From: Tubulanus polymorphus
Lineage: Eukaryota > Animalia > Nemertea
DNA length: 64,000 nucleotides
NCBI RefSeq assembly: GCF_964204645.1
Contig: NC_134029.1
Coordinates: 24,360,950 to 24,424,949, forward strand
Direction: 5' to 3'
Shown here: positions 61,763-64,000 of the stretch, piece by piece
Numbering within the stretch: position 1 is the first letter of the stretch
Layout: every line of letters begins with the position of its first letter
Translations under genes and position numbers: made by a program
Notes under the pieces: model-generated
The model's input: only the letters and a program-made list of their open reading frames with translations
Databases searched by the model: none
What the model was told of the DNA's origin: nothing

Positions 61763-64000
61763 GACTTGATTTTCTCGCTTTATCGGTGTGGAATTCTCTA
61801 TATATTGTCAGAAACACAGACACAGTGGTTTCACCGATGGTTACTGTACGGCAGCCATTGTTTCCAACCCAACCACAACTGCTCCACAAACTTGTCAACT
61901 AATATAATCCAATTTTGTAACATAAGGGTTTCATGTGACCATTTTTTAAGTTTCTATATAGAAATATAATTTGCTGCGAGTAAATACAAATATTTTGAAA
62001 TTTCAAACCGCTTACACAGCTTAAACAGCTGTCTGGGCGGTTAATGTTAACCTCCGTAATTTGATGCGATAGCGGTCATTGAAAAAATACATTTCAACAT
62101 TTTCAATCACAATTGTATATTTCCATGTATCTGTACGAAACCAACCAGATTGAACAGGTTATAAGTACCACATCCCCAAACACGTCCTGTTATCATGGTT
62201 CATTGATAAACAGACAAACATAAAACTCACTAATATCTATAGCCAGAATTTAAATCTTTTTTTACGACAAGAAGAAGAAATTAAAGTAAATGCGGCGACA
62301 ACGCTATCGGTTTTTTTGGAGCTAATATGCTAATTCGACGATGACGTCACAGTGTGGAAATAATATATTCGTCGAAGTTTCTGCAGAAACAAGTTGTTGT
62401 TTTATAGATTACGTATTTCTCCCTGAAATAAACACTTTTCAAATCCTAGCAGTTTCACGACTTTATATACAACGACAGATTTCTCGATTTAAAACTGAAA
62501 CAAATGGAACTGACTGATAGACGGACGGTAGTGTGCAACTTTTAAGGATTAGTTTTCTTTGAATTGTCGCTTCAAAAAGCTCCCAAAGAACAGTTTTCCA
62601 AAACCCTGAGCATCTACATCACACATTTTACACAAAAGGATTTTTTAAAATCGAAAACAAATTTCAACTTACCGATTTAGTAATAATATGACAAATCACG
62701 TGAACAGTTAGTGAATTCTCCTCGTTCAGAATATGGTGATTTTTCACGAAGCAACAAACGCTCGTCGGCTAACTCCTCAACAGCGCGCCGTAACACCAGC
62801 CTCGATACTCAGCCGAATACAGTGACGTCTGGTGGTAAAATATCCGAACTAAATGATGAGGATGGCCATCAGGAATATATATGTTGTCATTTAATGAAAA
62901 CGAGAAAACTATAACCAAGGAATATTAGCCCCAAAACTGTATACCCTCCTAACACCCCCCTCGCCACATCACACTGATATTAGATATCGCTGACTTGAAT
63001 CAACTCGAGCGAGTTTTTTTCAGATTCAAATCTCTTTTCTCATAATCCGACATCACTTTTAAGAGTTTCAAACAAAGAGAATGAAAAATTAGCGATCACT
63101 TCATTCATAGGATAATCATTTACTCATTTTTGTGCTAAAGAAATAAAATAGAATATACCGAATTTCAAAACCTAAGATTCAAAAACCAATCGAAGATTTC
63201 AAAAACAAATCCAATTTCTTAGGATCAAACAGGGCGGTGTGAACTTCAAAAAAATTGTGGTCGTGGCACCTCCTGTAATGTGGTTTTATCATTTTATGTG
63301 ACCACAGTCTGTGAGATCGTGATCAGATCGAGACGGCAAACAAACCTTACACAGACCACTCATACGCGATCTATAGATTGACCAAATACGTCGGATTTTG
63401 ATTGTTCTGGTACAAACCAGTTTGTGGCCTGTACGACAATAGGTCACGTTATTGTTATGTGAGGAAGGTAGTGGCCCTACTGAATGTATGTTCTGTACAC
63501 GAGAATTTTACAATGAAACTGCGAGTAAAATCACTTTATTTTTAGTATGGGATTTTATTTCATTGTTTGTCTTTTTGTGGTTTTACATCATGGAAATGTA
63601 AACAGTAAATATACGATAGAATACAAAATTTTCTTTTTAATTTTAGAAATGTCGAAACTACATAAAATTCGATGTGATCCGTGAATTCGGATCGTGTTTT
63701 TGCCAAAGAAAATAGTCAAAATAGATTATGTCTGGTGTGAACGAACTGTATCGATTTTATCCAACGTAAATTTTCTGAATAAATACAAGATCGGATATGT
63801 TTTCATACTAAGTGAAGGCGTTTAAATGAAGTCGATAGAACCACCAATAAACGATGGATATTCGGGGGACCGCTACAGGAGGCAGTTCCGATCGGGTAGT
63901 TTGATTGAACGTTAGTGTTTTTGTTTTTTCTACTCGATGATGTCGGACTCGTGTAACGATAGTTTGTCGTGTAAAGATCGCGCATTAATGATGATTACTG

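Overview
This is animal genomic DNA, AT-rich and repeat-rich, probably from a lophotrochozoan-type invertebrate (inferred from the gene families present). The left half holds one complete six-exon nicotinic acetylcholine receptor alpha-subunit gene (alpha9/alpha10-like) on the minus strand. I rebuilt it by hand from GT-AG junctions: coding exons 32547-32625, 11367-11506, 9044-9088, 8142-8251, 7252-7787 and 890-1479 total 1500 nt, or 499 aa plus stop. Its 21-kb first intron contains an intact, intronless class A GPCR on the SAME strand (25630-26844) with an unusually long Cys/aromatic-rich first extracellular loop. The right ~31 kb has no supportable coding sequence. It contains mini- and microsatellites, PIF/Harbinger-type MITEs with CAG target-site duplications, tRNA-derived SINE-like heads, and a dispersed ~320-bp repeat. 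The main non-coding signal is a set of Penelope-type minimal hammerhead ribozyme motifs (CTGAAGA-T-stem II-GAAACGTC). One is apparently intact and sits inside a 170-bp inverted repeat at 61.6-61.8 kb. Most other ORFs in the track are repeat-derived or spurious. Repeat boundaries are read by eye and are approximate.
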